In this document: in pieces, positions 14,189 through 27,973 of the stretch | Layout: every line of letters begins with the position of its first letter | Position numbering within the stretch: the first letter of the stretch is position 1 | DNA from: Marsupella aquatica | Lineage: Eukaryota; Plantae; Marchantiophyta | Direction: 5' to 3' | NCBI GenBank assembly: GCA_973895155.1 | Contig: OZ316893.1 | Coordinates: 15,530,645 to 15,594,644 of the forward strand | Length of the DNA: 64,000 nucleotides | Program-made: the position numbers and the translations under genes | Notes under the pieces: model-generated | Told to the model about the DNA's origin: nothing | What the model saw: only the letters and a program-made list of their open reading frames with translations | Databases searched by the model: none

Positions 14189-14824
14189 TCAAATCCAAGA
14201 TATGTGGCTCCTAGCAGGAGTGCCTAGTGTAGGGTCAATGTCATGGTCAGGACAGTAAAACATCCCCTTCTTGGGCTGCCCATGCGCTGAGTGATCCCAA
14301 ATTGTTCGATCATGGGCAAATCCCCTCTGCTGGATAAACAGCAAGCAGTCCTTGTGCCATGCCTTAGGACACCTCATGCACTGAACCAAAAAGCCATTAG
14401 CCCCATCATTGGGCCCCTGTCCACAAGTAAGACAAATATGGAGTCCACATGATGCTGTGCTAGGAACCAAACACTGCCGACAGTAAAACCGGGCACAGAG
14501 AGGGTTTGGACATTTTCTTACCACTTCACCAATTTTTCCAGACACATGACACTTAAAGCAAGAATGTTCATCATTCTTGCAATCAACACAAAGCCATTCT
14601 CCAACATGGCCATCAGCCAGGGATATAGTTGGGCATAGCCATTGCTGACCCAAAGGACAGGAAACATTCTTATGGAAATGTCGGTGGCAAGGCCCATCAC
14701 AAACAATGAGATCCCCTCCCTCATCACAAATCGCACATACATGTGGACTATTCTGGTTAATCTCAATGTCTGAATATAAGGACAATTGAGGTGCTTGAGA
14801 GGATTCACCTTTGCAACGATTCAT
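14189..14824 (-). CDS. EDM2/NSD-type tandem PHD-finger protein (211 aa) carried by the CACTA element
   Basis: CAICDEGGDLIVCDGPCHRHFH..WLCVDCKNDEHSCFKC..CARFYC..CGLHIC..CMRCPKAWHKDCL..FYCPDHDIDPTLGTPARSHI follows the EDM2 PHD-region pattern. The ORF is intact. Confidence 0.85.
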   Translation of the reverse strand: MNRCKGESSQAPQLSLYSDIEINQNSPHVCAICDEGGDLIVCDGPCHRHFHKNVSCPLGQQWLCPTISLADGHVGEWLCVDCKNDEHSCFKCHVSGKIGEVVRKCPNPLCARFYCRQCLVPSTASCGLHICLTCGQGPNDGANGFLVQCMRCPKAWHKDCLLFIQQRGFAHDRTIWDHSAHGQPKKGMFYCPDHDIDPTLGTPARSHISWI

Positions 14825-17800
14825 GGCCTTCTACTTATTGCGAGCCATGGTCCTGCACACTCAGACCTACATCAGATTGTGAAACACAAAGGAATAACAG
14901 GGTGCAGCATGACACAAAGGAATGAGGGTGCAGCATAAAATATGACATGTAACCACAAGGGTGCAGCATAAACCAATGCTTTATGGATGGCAAAGCATTT
15001 AGGGCTGAGCAGAGCCCTAACCTTGGCCTATGATTGGAAGCAATCACAAATATTGCAACCTGTATGCCTTCGCTTGCTGTACAGCAGTGCTCACTCACCC
15101 TGCCTTTTAAAAATCTGTAAGGGCAACACAGAACAAATAGCAATTGAGTTTCAGCAAAGCATTCATTTGGTTCTCAGGTTTTAAAATGGACAAACAAACA
15201 CAACGATGTGCACAACAAAGCACAGAGAGCAACAAAACTCCAGCAAACTGGGACTCAGGCAAGAGACACGAATTTTAGCAGCAAAATCAAATCAAGATAA
15301 TTCGGACCTGTAAGTTCAACATGCAGTGCTCACTCACCCTGCCCTTTTTTAAATCTATAAAAACCAAGTTTTATTGCGTGCCTTCTACATCTTAAGCTGC
15401 TGCACACATCTGTTACAGAACCATAAGTTGCTTTACTCTCAACAAGCTAGCTGCTGGTCCACCCACTTTTTCAAACTGCTGGTCCACCCACTTTTTCAAA
15501 AGCTGCACCATACTCTATCTTCGTGCAGTCGTGGCATTACCGGGCTGCTGTCAGAGACCCTTACAAAGAATTTAAAATTGACCAAGCTGATTTTAGTTTA
15601 GTTTCGTCTAGTTTGCAGACCAAAGGAAATAATGTGGCTGTATTCATGGAGTTGTATTCATTGCTGTGTATGGATGTTGTGTGAACGTCAGACAGTTAGC
15701 TGTAAATTACCATAGTTGAAGAGCAAGGCTTGTACAAAAGCCACTGAGGAATTCTCTGAGGTGGCACAGCAGTTGGCAAACCATACACAAAACTCTGAAA
15801 CTTTTTGGCAACAGAATTCTACAGAGTCGTTGCCGGAATCCAGTGAGGATTCACCATACATGCCTGCACTTCTCTTCAATAAAAAAAAGAGAAAAGAAAA
15901 GGGCTATGATACAGAGGGATGTCAAAAGAAGAGTAAGGAAACCAATTGATTGAGGAACACAGACAGACTAAGGAAAACATCATACAATGGAAAAATAAGG
16001 ACTACATTGTAATAATAAGAGATCAAGCTCACCTTGCACCACAGAGATTGTCACGAGTCACCTCGCAGTTCCTCGCAGCTTAGGTCCAGGATGACATTTC
16101 AATATGGAGGAAAGGAGTTTACTCATTTAAAATAGAGAAGGAGTGGCATCTACAGGGACTTTGGGAGCACACTCAAAAGGTTCGCGATACATCAGGTTAT
16201 CTTTCTAGGTCAGACACTGCCAATAGAATTTTGAACACAACAAACACAACAAACACTGCCAGATATAGAATTTTGAACACAAGGGTACGGCATCCAGATT
16301 TGCCTAAACTCAATCAACTTAATAGCATATTTTTATGTTCAATTAGGCAGCACTAAATAGAACAGCCTTTCACGCAGTCAGAATAATTGGCAATAATTGC
16401 CAGACGACAACAAGACAACAAACTGAGCTGAACATAGCAGACAAAACAAACTGCACTCAATAGTAGACTAATACGGCAAGTAGCAATCAGAAATCAACAG
16501 CAGACAGACAGAGGACAACTCGGTCAAAACTCGGGCACTTGATTTAGTTGTGGTAAATAGGAGAAAGCTAAGAAACAGAGAGAGAAAAAACCATTTCTTA
16601 GCAATTGGATCTGTCTGCGATCTCCGCTGCCTGATTACAATCAAGAAGATTTTGCCAAAACAAACGATAAAGCTGAGGTGGAGTCATTCAAAGCCCAAGT
16701 CTTGATACTTCGTCAGAAGCATGATCAGTGGAGCGCTCAGCTACGGAGGCATGGGGTTTTGGAGGACGAAAGGCTTTCGCGGGCAGTGCAGGCAGCCGTT
16801 CAGGTTTGGGAAGATTTTGCCAAAACAAACAATAAAGCTTGAAGATAGTTAAATTTCTTAGGTCTCTGATAGTTAATGGAAGGTCACAGTGGAGCCAGCA
16901 TGGGACAGGGAAGGAAATGCAGGCACTTGTGATGCAATAGGCTACAGAGGGCGAGAAGGTGGACAACCAATTGAAACTCAACAAACTCAAAGAACATGTA
17001 GCGAATGGCAATAGAATAGAAGATCAGAGAACATGTAGCAAATGGAGAGGGATAGATAGAGAAAAAACATAAGCAGAGAGCTCTGGCACACAGCAACACA
17101 GGTCCCAACAGAGCACATTGCAAGTCCCAGGCTGGGGTGGAGCCAGAAGTGGAGAGCACAGAGCAACCAGGCAAATCACAACATGGGCGCCAATGGGAAT
17201 AAGGTCATACCTCTTTGCAGCTCTTGACCGACCAACAGCTCCTCACCGACCAGCGCTGCTGCAACTCCTCCCTGATGTAACCTCTTGCAGCTCCCGTAGC
17301 TCCTCCCGCAGCTCCGAAGCTCCTCCCGCAGCTCTGCAACTCCTCCAACAGCTCCGCAGCTCCCGATGTAATACCTCCCGTAGCTGCCACAGCTCCTTCA
17401 CGAACAGTGAGACTAGTTGCTGTCACTGCCTCCGATCCACGAGCTTCCACTGTTTTTGCCTTCCACAATGATAGGGGTCCCCAACGCGCGAATGCCTTCC
17501 CTTCCCTCCTGCAACTCAAACATGTGCTCGGAAGAGTGTCAAAACTCCTCCCCTCCCGCAACTCCAACCTGTGCTCCTGCAGGTCTAAATGGTGAGACCA
17601 ATGCGCGAATGCCTTCCCTTCCCTCCCGCAACTCCAATCTGTGCTCCCGGGGCAAATGTGCTCGGAAGAGTGTCGCAGCTCATCCCCTCCCGCAAATCCC
17701 ACCTATGCTCCCAGGGCAAATGTGCTCGCCTTCGTTCCCTGCGCTTGGTGGAATGGAGCACAAAGCTGCGCAGCCCTAAGCCCTTGCAATGTGCACACAA

Positions 17801-18419
17801 AGGCATGCCAAGACATAAGCACATATCGCGTTGCCCTCTCGATGTTTGTTGAGGAAAAAGGGCTCCTGTTGGTACGCAAGACCACTTGAGCGGGATAAAC
17901 CTAATTGCTGGACCCCTAAACCCCGTAAAGGTAAGGTATTTTGTTGGATGGGGATGGTGGATATTGTGGGTCATTAATTAGGGTTATTTTTTGAGACTAG
18001 TTAATAACAATGTAACAAAACCCCCCCATAAGGCCCATAGATAATACCAACTAAATAAGTTAATAACAAGGTCGGGACGCCCCCATAAGGCCCTAGGGAA
18101 GGCACTGAAGGTAAATAGCTCATAATGTCGCAACACCCCCATAAGGTCATGGCTGTTTGTGTAGGTGCCCATAACCCGCCCCTCATTTAAACCTCCTTAA
18201 TGGGAGGTGAGGGTGTTGTGGATTACATTAGTGTAATTAACTATGTACCGGCCATGTTTTTTGGGTGATAGGTTATGTCTGCAAAAAGGACCATATGCAT
18301 GAACACAATTTTGGACTACCTTATTAGTCTCACCATGACTATATGACCTCCAATATGCCAACATTAATGGCTTCCAAGATGACAGCGTGAGTGACCCCAC
18401 TTTTAGTCATTCATATTGA

Positions 18420-21400
18420 AGCACTATTTAATTCACAAATGACCCAATGAACTCCCTTGTACCTCCAAAGAGAACCCCCCAATAGCCTTTGTAAGGACCA
18501 CATTTCCAATCATTTGGAACTTCTTACCTGTAGTATGACAACCAAAATGACCCTAATTTGAGGTGTTTTCATTAATGACACACCATGAGGGACCTGTCTA
18601 ATGACCACAAATATGACTATAAAAATGACCCTATATGTAGTCATTGGCATTAATGACACACCATTATGTGAAAATGACCCAATGAAGAGTACATTACCTC
18701 TCGGAGTGCCCCCTTACAATTCATTTGGAATTTAATAGAATATATCCAAATCCAAATATCGGCACAAACATGACATAGTTATATAGAAGGACATAGTCTT
18801 CCACTAGTATTGCATTATATATCTCTTGGAGAGACAAAAACAATTTTTGTTTGCCGTTTGGACAGGACAGTATGCATGCAGGGTACGTGACACTTTTGGC
18901 AAATCACTCCAAAGTTGTATGACTTGGGAGTGATTTCCCCAAAGTTACATTGTGCCTAAAGTAAATGCAAAACACAGCTCCAAAGTGCTACTGGTGCAAC
19001 TAGTGGTTGGAGAATGGTAAATATAGTATTTTGCACCTAGTAGAGGGGTTGCGAGCTCTATGTGGGGCCACATGGCACTCTAGGGCCCGCCTCCAACCCT
19101 TAGCCCCAAATTGGTCATTCATGCTTGTCTCCAATGACTGCACTAGGGACATCTCAAATGACTCAAAGTCCAGTCATTTGCCTTATATGACATCCCATAT
19201 GACCAATTCAATGACCCTGCTTGTAGTCATTGGCAATTATGACACGACTTTGTTAAAAAATGACCCAATGAAGGTCCTAGTACGTGAAGAAAGAGGCCGC
19301 TTTAGATTTCTTGTAAAATAGGAATATTCCTATTCCTTTAACCAACACACATGTCCACCGTAGAGGGAAGCACCACTACCATGCCCATCCCATTGGTGTT
19401 GCACTACCTCGTTGAGGAACTAAACAAATGGCTCCATTTGCCTTAGGAACATAAGATATTCATGATCCATGTTGGTGCTTTTGGCAAATCACTCCAAAGT
19501 TGTATGACTTGGGAGTGATTTCCCCAATGTTGCATCATCCCTTAAGTAAACGCAAAAACTCACATGAGGTACGGTGCTAATGGTGCAACTAGTGGTTGGA
19601 GAATAGTAAATATAGTATTTTGCACATAGTGGAGGGGTTGCGAGCTCTATGTGGGGCCACATGGGACTCTAGGGCCCACCTTCAGCCCCTAGCCCCAAAC
19701 TTGTCATTTGTGCTTCTGTTTAATGACTGCATGAAGGGCCACACAAATGACCACAAGTCTAGTCACTTGACTTATATGACTTCCCATATGACAGTTTTAA
19801 TGACTTGACTTTTGGTCATTGGCATTTATGACAAGTCATTGGTCACATATGACCCAATAAAGGCCCTAGTACCTCCAAAGAGAACCCGCAATTGCAAGGT
19901 TGGAATATTCCTCTTCCCTAAACCCGCACCCACACCATACTGAGAAGCACGATTCCCCTGCCCATTCCATTGGTGCAGCACCACCTCTTGGAGAACCAAA
20001 AAACAAGTTTTATTTGCCTTTGGATGTGATGGTGTGCATGCATGGACACACTTTTGGCAAATCACTCCAAAGTCATATGACTTGGGAGTGATTTCCCCAA
20101 AGGTGCATCATGCCTTAAGTAAACACCAAAACATGTGTCCAAAGTGTTTATGTTGCAACTAGTGGTTGGACAATGATGAGTATTATAGTGTCCCGCACCC
20201 AGTGGAGGGGTTCTCACCTCTATGTGGGGCCCCATCGCACTCTAGGGCCCACCTCCAGCCCCTAGCCCCAAACTGGTCATTAGTGCTTGTGTTTAATGAC
20301 TGCATGAGGGACCACACAAATGACCACAAGTCCAGTCACTTGACTTATATGACAGTCCATGTGACAAATTTAATGACCCTACTTGTAGTCATTGGTATTT
20401 ATGACGGGCCATTGCTCACATATGACCCAATAAAGGCCCTAGTATCTCCAAAGAGAGCCAACTTTAGATTCCTTGCAAGGTTGGAATATTCCTCTTCCCT
20501 AAACCCGCACCCACACCATACTGAGAAGCACGACTCCCCTGCCCATTCCATTGGTGCAGCACCACCTCTTGGAGAACCAAAAAACAAGTTTTATTTGCCT
20601 TTGGATGTGATGGTGTGCATGCATGGACACACTTTTGGCAAATCACTCCAAAGTCATATGACTTGGGAGTGATTTCCCCAAAGGTGCATCATGCCTTAAG
20701 TAAACGCCAAAACATGTGTCCAAAGTGCTTATGTTGCAACTAGTGGTTGGACAATGATGAGTATAGTGTCCCGCACCCAGTGGAGGGGTTCTCACCTCTA
20801 TGTGGGGCCCCATCGCACTCTAGGGCCCACCTCCAGCCCCTAGCCCCAAACTGGTCATTAGTGCTTGTGTTTAATGACTGCATGAGGGACCACACAAATG
20901 ACCACAAGTCCAGTCACTTGACTTATATGACAGTCCATATGACAAATTTAATGACCCTAATTGTAGTCATTGGTATTTATGACGGGCCATTGCTCACATA
21001 TGACCCAATAAAGGCCCTAGTATCTCCAAAGAGAGCCAACTTTAGATTCCTTGCAAGGTTGGAATATTCCTCTTCCCTAAACCCACACCCACACCATACT
21101 GAGAAGCACGACTCCCCTGCCCATTCCATTGGTGCAACACCACCTCTTGGAGAACCAAAAAACAAGTTTTATTTGCCTTTGGATGTGATGGTATGCATGC
21201 ACGGTGACACTTTTGGCAAATCACTCCAAAGTCATACGACTTGGGAGTGATTTCCCCAAAGGTGCATCATGCCTTAAGTAAATGCCAAAACATGTGTCCA
21301 AAGTGCTTACGTCGCAACTAGTGGTTGGACAATGATGAGTATAGTGTCCCGCACCCAGTGGAGGGGTTCTCACCTCTATGTGGGGCCCCATCGCACTCTA

Positions 21401-21960
21401 GGGCCCACCTCCAACCCCTAGCCCCAAACTGGTCATTAGTGCTTGTGTTTAATGACTGCATGAGGGACCACACAAATGACCACAAGTCTAGTCACTTGAC
21501 TTATATGACAGTCCATATGACAAATTTAATGACCCTACTTGTAGTCATTGGTATTTGTGATGCAAATGTTTTTAGAAATGACCCAATAAAGATTACACTA
21601 GCTCCTTGAATGCCCCATCACTATTCATTTGCAAATTAAAATATTGCCCATCCAAACATTGGCACAAACATGACACAATTACAACAAAGGATGACAAACT
21701 TCCATTGGTATTGCCCTACTTCTTGGAGAGACAAAAAGACTTCATTTGCCTTTGGATACGATAGTATGCATCTATATATGGTAACATTTCTGGCAAATCA
21801 CTCCAAAGGTGTATGACTTGAGAGTGATTTCCCCAAAGCTAGGTGCATCACGCCTTAAGTAAATGCAAGACATGTGTTCAAATTGCTAATGCCGCAACCA
21901 GTGGGAGGACAATGATGAGTATTGTGTCCTGCATTTAGTGGAAGGGTTATCAACTATATC
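18420..21960. repeat. ~580-bp tandem repeat array (about 6 copies) inside CACTA element 2
   Basis: The anchor CAACTAGTGGTTGGA recurs at ~19000, 19590, 20160, 20741, 21319 and ~21900 (degenerate). The central copies are near-identical. Confidence 0.92.
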
Positions 21961-22039
21961 AATGACTCTACAATTATGATCGATGTATGGAATAACTACT
22001 GAGTATTTTAATCTTCATATCTCTTGGGTTCTTTAATGA

Positions 22040-22560
22040 CTCTATAAGTAGTCATTTATGCAATAAGTCCATAATGACTGTATGTTATTGTAAACATTGA
22101 TATATCATGATTTTTAGATTGACCCTATATTTAGTCATTTATGCGACAAGTCCATAATGACAGTATGTTGTTGTCAACACTGATATATCCTAGTTTCAGT
22201 ATTGACTATGGAGTTAGTCATTTATGAGAGAAGTCCATATTAATGACAGTATGTTCTTGTAAATACTGATATGTCCTAATTTCAAGATTGACCCTAGAGT
22301 TAGTCATTTATGAAAGAAGTCCATAATGACGGTATGCTATTGTAAACACTGATATGTCCTAATTTCAAGATTGACCCTAGAGTTAGTCATTTATGAAAGA
22401 AGTCCATAATGACGGTATGCTATTGTAAACACTGATATGTCCTAATTTCAAGATTGACCCTAGAGTTAGTCATTTATGAAAGAAGTCCATAATGACAGTA
22501 TGCTATTATAAACACTGATATATTCTCATTTTCAGATTGACCCTATGTTTTGTCATTTAA
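22040..22560. repeat. 83-bp tandem repeat (~6 copies), CACTA subterminal
   Basis: TAGTCATTTATGAAAGAAGTCCATAATGAC unit at 22301, 22384 and 22467, with degenerate copies upstream. Confidence 0.88.
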
Positions 22561-23772
22561 CACCGTTGGTTAAAATGACGGAAATACATTTTTTGTCATT
22601 TATCACCGTTGACCAAAATGACCCAAATAAATTTTTGGTCATTTTAATCATTGTCCAGAGTGACTATAATGGTGCTAAACATTGATTTATCATTGTTGTT
22701 ATTAATTGTGTCATTTAAGACATGTGTCTAAATTGACCATTTAGGGAAATTGGGTCATTTTGGTCACATCAGTCATTACAAACATTATACAAAATGACGC
22801 AAAAGTTAACATTTTGTCATTTCAGTCTATTGGTCATTTTGGACAGTCATTCTCTTGTCATTCTTTTTGTGTCATTAGAAATTTTGGTCATTTATTCATC
22901 TCCGTCATTGGGTGATTGGTCATAAAGGGCCCTGTTTTCTTCTAGTGGAAATAGTCGAGGCCAGGTGAGCTTTGTTGATGTTGTTGCCCAACCACCCGAT
23001 TGAGATGGCCAGGCCATGTGGTAACCTTCAGTCTCAACAATGTGGAGAAGGGCCGTTGTATTCAAACTTGCACAGATGGAGGTGGCACGCCATCAAGAAC
23101 AGAGGAGAGCCCATGGTTGTCAAATGCTATAGTAGAATGTAATAGAATTTCATGGATCTGTTGTCTTCAATTCCCACCAAAGAAAAATTGTAACTTAATT
23201 TAGATAATTTTATTTGGATCATGGGACAATGTGCTGATCAAAGGTTTCGCTTCCACAATTGATATTGATGAAGATAATAGGGAAGAGAGAGTCATGCGTA
23301 GTAATACATCAATGTGGACATTATAAGAGATTTCCCTGCACAATGATCCCCCAAGAGGCTCTCGATTCAGGACTCACTATTTGGAGACCTCGGATTATGT
23401 GGATCTCTTCTGCACCTGAACTACAGACTTTATATATGGGGCCATCCCACTTCTGAATGTCAAAACAACGTTTACACAATCGTTGAGAGGCACGAGACAA
23501 TATAGACTTGATCAAGGTCTGTTCTCCAACAAAGTACTCTGTAGACCTCTGAAACTGTATGTATATTAATTTGTTTACTCAATTATTCTTTGCCTTGGTA
23601 CGTGGATTTCTAACAAAAATCTCAATGCAACAATATAATCTCACAAGTGTTAAATCCAAGCAGCCCATTCAAATTGTAAGACATGGATGGAATGTGGTCA
23701 TGAAATCCTAAACCTGGGCAAGTGCAAAAATACATAAATATAAACATAATACTACATGTGTTGTAGGAGATG

Positions 23773-25755
23773 TGTAGATAGGCAGTAATTCCAAAGTCAT
23801 GAAGAAAACCGGAAAATTTTTAAATTTTTGAAGTAGTTAAACTATATTTGCTGATAACTCGAGTAAACTAAACTCTGCCGAAGATTAAGAGTTTAAGAGT
23901 TGAAGAGTTGAAGTGTTTTAAGAGTTTACGGGTTTACGAGTAAACCCTACTTTAATAGTTTAAGAGTTTAAGAGTTGAAGAGTTGAAGTGTTTAATAGTT
24001 TAAGAGTTTAAGGGTTTACGAGTAAACCCTACTTTAAGACTTTACGACTTTAAGAGTTGCGACTTGCGAACTGGCGAGCCCCGCGATTGTGACAGGCTCG
24101 GCTAACTCCAACGGGACTTTGCAACAAAACGAGGAGCAGGCCTTGAAGAGGGAAGGAATGCAAGACATAGGCGCTCATTACTGACTTCTCTTCCACCTTA
24201 CCTCTCAAACTCTGCCCAGCTTCAACCGGTATTTCAGAGATGTCAAATGGAGACTTCGACCCTTCTATTCCAGGATGATGAATAGTGATGAGTTTCTGCA
24301 TCACTATCCCCAAGTATATGCTGCCACCTGCAACAACTATGATGTGATCGGGATGTACAGAGAAGCTCTTCGTATAGATTCATGTTATTTGATGAAGCGA
24401 ATGCCTTTGATGTATCCTGAGAGACAACTAAGGTGCCTACCCTACTCTCGAGGATCACCACGTCAGACTGAGCTGATGGAGGTAACACAGAATCGGACTG
24501 TCACCTACGTGGAGCTGCTCGAACCCGATGATATTCGACAACAAGCTTGAAGGAGACTATCTTTTTAGCTAGTATTGAAAAGTATAGTACTTTTACCAAT
24601 TTTTCTAAATGTGTTCTAGAGCTTTAGAAGCTGTCATACTTCTTTAGGCTGTAGTCTGTACCTAGGAAACCCTGCTGGAAAAATTTCAGAGTTTTCCGAA
24701 CCAGGAGTAGAAAGTTAAAAATAGTTGAATCTACTCAATTTTTAGTATACCGAAATTAAGAGTTTAAGAGTTTAAGTTTTTACGTTTTTAAGAGTTTAAG
24801 TTTTTACGTTTTTAAGAGTTTAAGTTTTTAAGAGTTTAAGAGTTCATACTTAGCCATTTTTTCCGGCTTTCCACTTATTGAATCGTCGTTTTGACTTTTT
24901 GAGGGTTATGAAGAGGCATGTCTCTTCGACCCTGTGACCTCTTATTCTGTAGTTCATCACTATTTATACCTCTTCCCCTAGTGTAGAGAGATGGTTAAGT
25001 TTTGCAGTTTTGCCTCTCCCTTGTGTTAAACTAGTTGATCATGAATCTATGAGTTCGAGATCAGGTTTAACATTTGGAGAGACTTACCTCCTTCTTGTAT
25101 TTTGGAACCCAAATACTTGAAGTAAAACCTCAGTTATGAATCTCGTGAATTATAATGTCAGATTCCGCTTTGGTGACACATTGTAATCTCACAAGTTCTT
25201 AGAGTTAACTCATTGAGTTTAAGTTGCATTGGAAATGATGTTTTCACCTTCATGTTGCTTAGTACCATCTAAATGCTGAAGTATTTATCCTTTTAGATCT
25301 TGACTAAGTATCACTTAGGAAGAAAGGTCAAGACATGTTGCCAGCATTTTAAAAGGATACTCTAGTATGCAGTTTAGATCTGAAAAGCCGTGTGGATTTG
25401 GATTCCCTTTAAGTCATTCCATTATTACTTATGTCTAAGGAGTAACCTTGGTCTATTCCAGACTCCCTTAAGCATACTCTGAGAGATTTTTCCTTGTGTT
25501 TTGTTAATTGCAATCTTTTGCTTAATTGAAGGTTATCTGATGTTGAGTTATCATCAAAAACTACTCACCGCTGTGGAGCGATCTTCAAAGTACCTGATTA
25601 AAGTAGTCAAGATTGATTACTATGTGTGACACAAGAGCTTAAAGCTTTGTTTTTAGTTTATTACATCAAACCAACCCCATCTTGTTCTTAAAGGGAACGA
25701 ATACCGAGTTTGGAGACTTTAAAATGTGATTTTTGGTTCTCTATGGCAAACTACA
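23773..25755 (+). repeat. 5' LTR
   Basis: TGTAGATAGG...GGCAAACTACA, nearly identical to 28867-30849. Internal TTTAAGAG microrepeats. Confidence 0.96.
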
Positions 25756-25764
25756 TGAGATTTT

Positions 25765-25782
25765 TGGCGCCGCTGCCGGGGA
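25765..25782 (+). promoter_or_regulatory. Primer binding site, tRNA-Asp type (Athila/Tat-like)
   Basis: TGGCGCCGCTGCCGGGGA, 9 nt after the 5' LTR and one mismatch from the plant tRNA-Asp-type PBS TGGCGCCGTTGCCGGGGA. Confidence 0.85.
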
Positions 25783-27973
25783 ACAGATTCAGGAATGGTT
25801 TGACATTAGGCAGTGAATGACCAAATTAGAAGCCTTGGATTTTAAGAGAGATTTTCAGGCCAGGGAGAAAGAGAGTAACCATTGTAAGTGGAGTTAGGCC
25901 AATTCCATTTAGGAGGAAGTTATCTCTACTCTGATTTTAACTCTATTATAACCAAGGGAGAAAGATGAATGGATATAGGAGGGAAGGCCATTCCTCTTAT
26001 AGAAAGGACATCTTTCTCAAGACTTCATTGTTTATCTCTTGGAGAAGGGGTAATATGATATGCAGGCAGTGGATGTCAAATTTCAGAATTGAATTGATTG
26101 AGAAATTACAGAAAGAAATACTCCTTATGGATACATATGAAGAATGGTCAATTCAAGTTTTGGAAGCTCGACCTTACACTTTCACAGATGCACCAGCTGC
26201 ATTTGCAGAGGTAATTCGAGAAGGAGTTCTCCTTGTTATGAGAGGAAGGAGAAAAATGAAGGCTAAGAAGAAGAGGCTTAAAAGTGCTTAAAAAGCAATG
26301 CTTTGGAATTAAGAAAGGAGATTGAGTAAAGTCTCCATATGATTGTTAGGAGGACTTTAATTATAGCATGACTTCCTAAGTTGTGGTAGGAAGAAGCTAC
26401 TTTTAGAGGAGGGATTAAGTCTGATTTAATTAAATCAAGAGAGCTGGTAGACTTTAACTTACCATAATTGTAGAGAAGAAAGATAGGAAATTAAGAGACA
26501 GTTCACTTTGGTCAATTAAATCTATAGTATAGGAAGAGTATGAACTTCTTACATTATGAGAAGTCGACTTAGATAAAAGTGCAACCAATTTGATAGACTG
26601 TTAGGAAAATTAGGCGGCAAAAGCCATAGATAAATAGTTGGAGATTTTATTTTTTTAGAATATCTTATGCCATCTTGCACAATAGATATGCGCAAACTTT
26701 GGTGTTAAGTGTGAGATGTAGTATGGAGTTCATAATTGGCTATCTATTACTTGGTGGGAACGAGTAAATCTACATTTGGTTATATTAAGGCTAAATGGAA
26801 GAATTACAAGAGAGGAATATATAGTGATTTCTATACAAGACTTAGCTAGTACATTGATGCAAAGACAAAATCGGAGGCACAGATAAAGTAGGTTAGCTAA
26901 AGCAGTGAGAAATCTGAAGTGGAAAGGGTACTTTGCTACTAAGGACTCGCCGAGATACGAGGGGATAAGGCATTGCGGGTTAACCCTTACGAGTTACGGG
27001 TAAGCGTCGTGACGATTATGACTTTACGAGTTTACAAGTTAAGTGTTTACTAGTTGAAGGGTTACAAGTTGACGGGACACACGGAAGAGACGCACCTCGC
27101 CGAGAACTCGATGAAACGACACAACGCTTGCGGACACCATATGCAGAGAAGTGTCAACAAAGGGGCATACAAGCCATGGATCGAGCAAACTTGAAAGGGC
27201 GTGGATTTGAGAAATGACGGAACGGTGCGACCATTGAAGCTGCCTCTTGTAAACCAAGGATCTCCAAGAATGTACCCGCACCAACTCTCCTCCAAAAGAA
27301 ATGTCTTTCAGAATGAGGAATGACTGACAAAGGGAAGCGAAATTGGAAGTCACGACGCGAAGAAAAATCAGCAACTATTCAAATCTTCAGACTGATACAA
27401 ATGTGCAGAGCGCATTCCTTCAGTCTCTGACAAAGAAAGCTACGAGATGACGACCCTTCAGAGCTCCAAAGAGTTAACCAATATGACTATTCAAATCTTC
27501 AGCAAATTGCAAAGTCCCATTTTCCTGAATTCATGAGGAGAGAGCTACCTTGAGTCAACAATCCTGTGAACCTTGACCATGGCTACCACGAATAAACTAA
27601 CACCATCCGATTGGAATGCTTTTGCACTTCCAGTTAGACTTGCAGGAAGATTGATCAGAGATGCTACACCAGATCAAGAAATGAGAGACAATGTTAGTGT
27701 TTTCCGTGACACTAGCACCACACTTAGAGCTCACCCCAATTCTCCCTCATTTGGACTGATGAGAGTTAAACAAAAATTATGGGAGAGCTTAAGGCGGTCT
27801 CTATTCAAATTATAAAAAAGACACAGGTAGTCAAGATAAGGGATATCTGAGTGAGAATAGTCAACCAATTTGGAAGAAGAAACAAGGAGCCTCATCTGCA
27901 CCTAAAAGATTCCTCCACCTGATTGAATCTCAATGCCACTCCTTCATAGCCTAGTTTATTTCTTCCTACTCAT

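Larger units (their letters stand above)
5248..22947 (-). mobile_element. CACTA/EnSpm element 2, complete, 17.7 kb
   Basis: Starts CACTAGTAGAAAAC at 5248 and ends GTTTTCTTCTAGTG at 22947. 3-bp TSD GAA at 5245-5247 and 22948-22950. ATGAC/GTCAT-rich subterminal regions. TnpD and TnpA genes on the minus strand. Confidence 0.95.

Noticed and set aside
16688-17974. Overlapping ORFs in the GC-rich part of CACTA element 2
   Set aside because: They derive from short GCAGCTCC and ~100-bp repeats in the probable promoter/5' leader, and are open on several frames with no domain.
19007-21609. Family of small repeated proteins (MDNDEYSVPHPVEG...)
   Set aside because: By-products of the 580-bp tandem array, with non-ATG starts and inconsistent lengths.
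24050-24550. Duplicated genes at 24050-24550 and 29144-29644
   Set aside because: They are identical only because they lie in the two LTRs. No recognisable domain.
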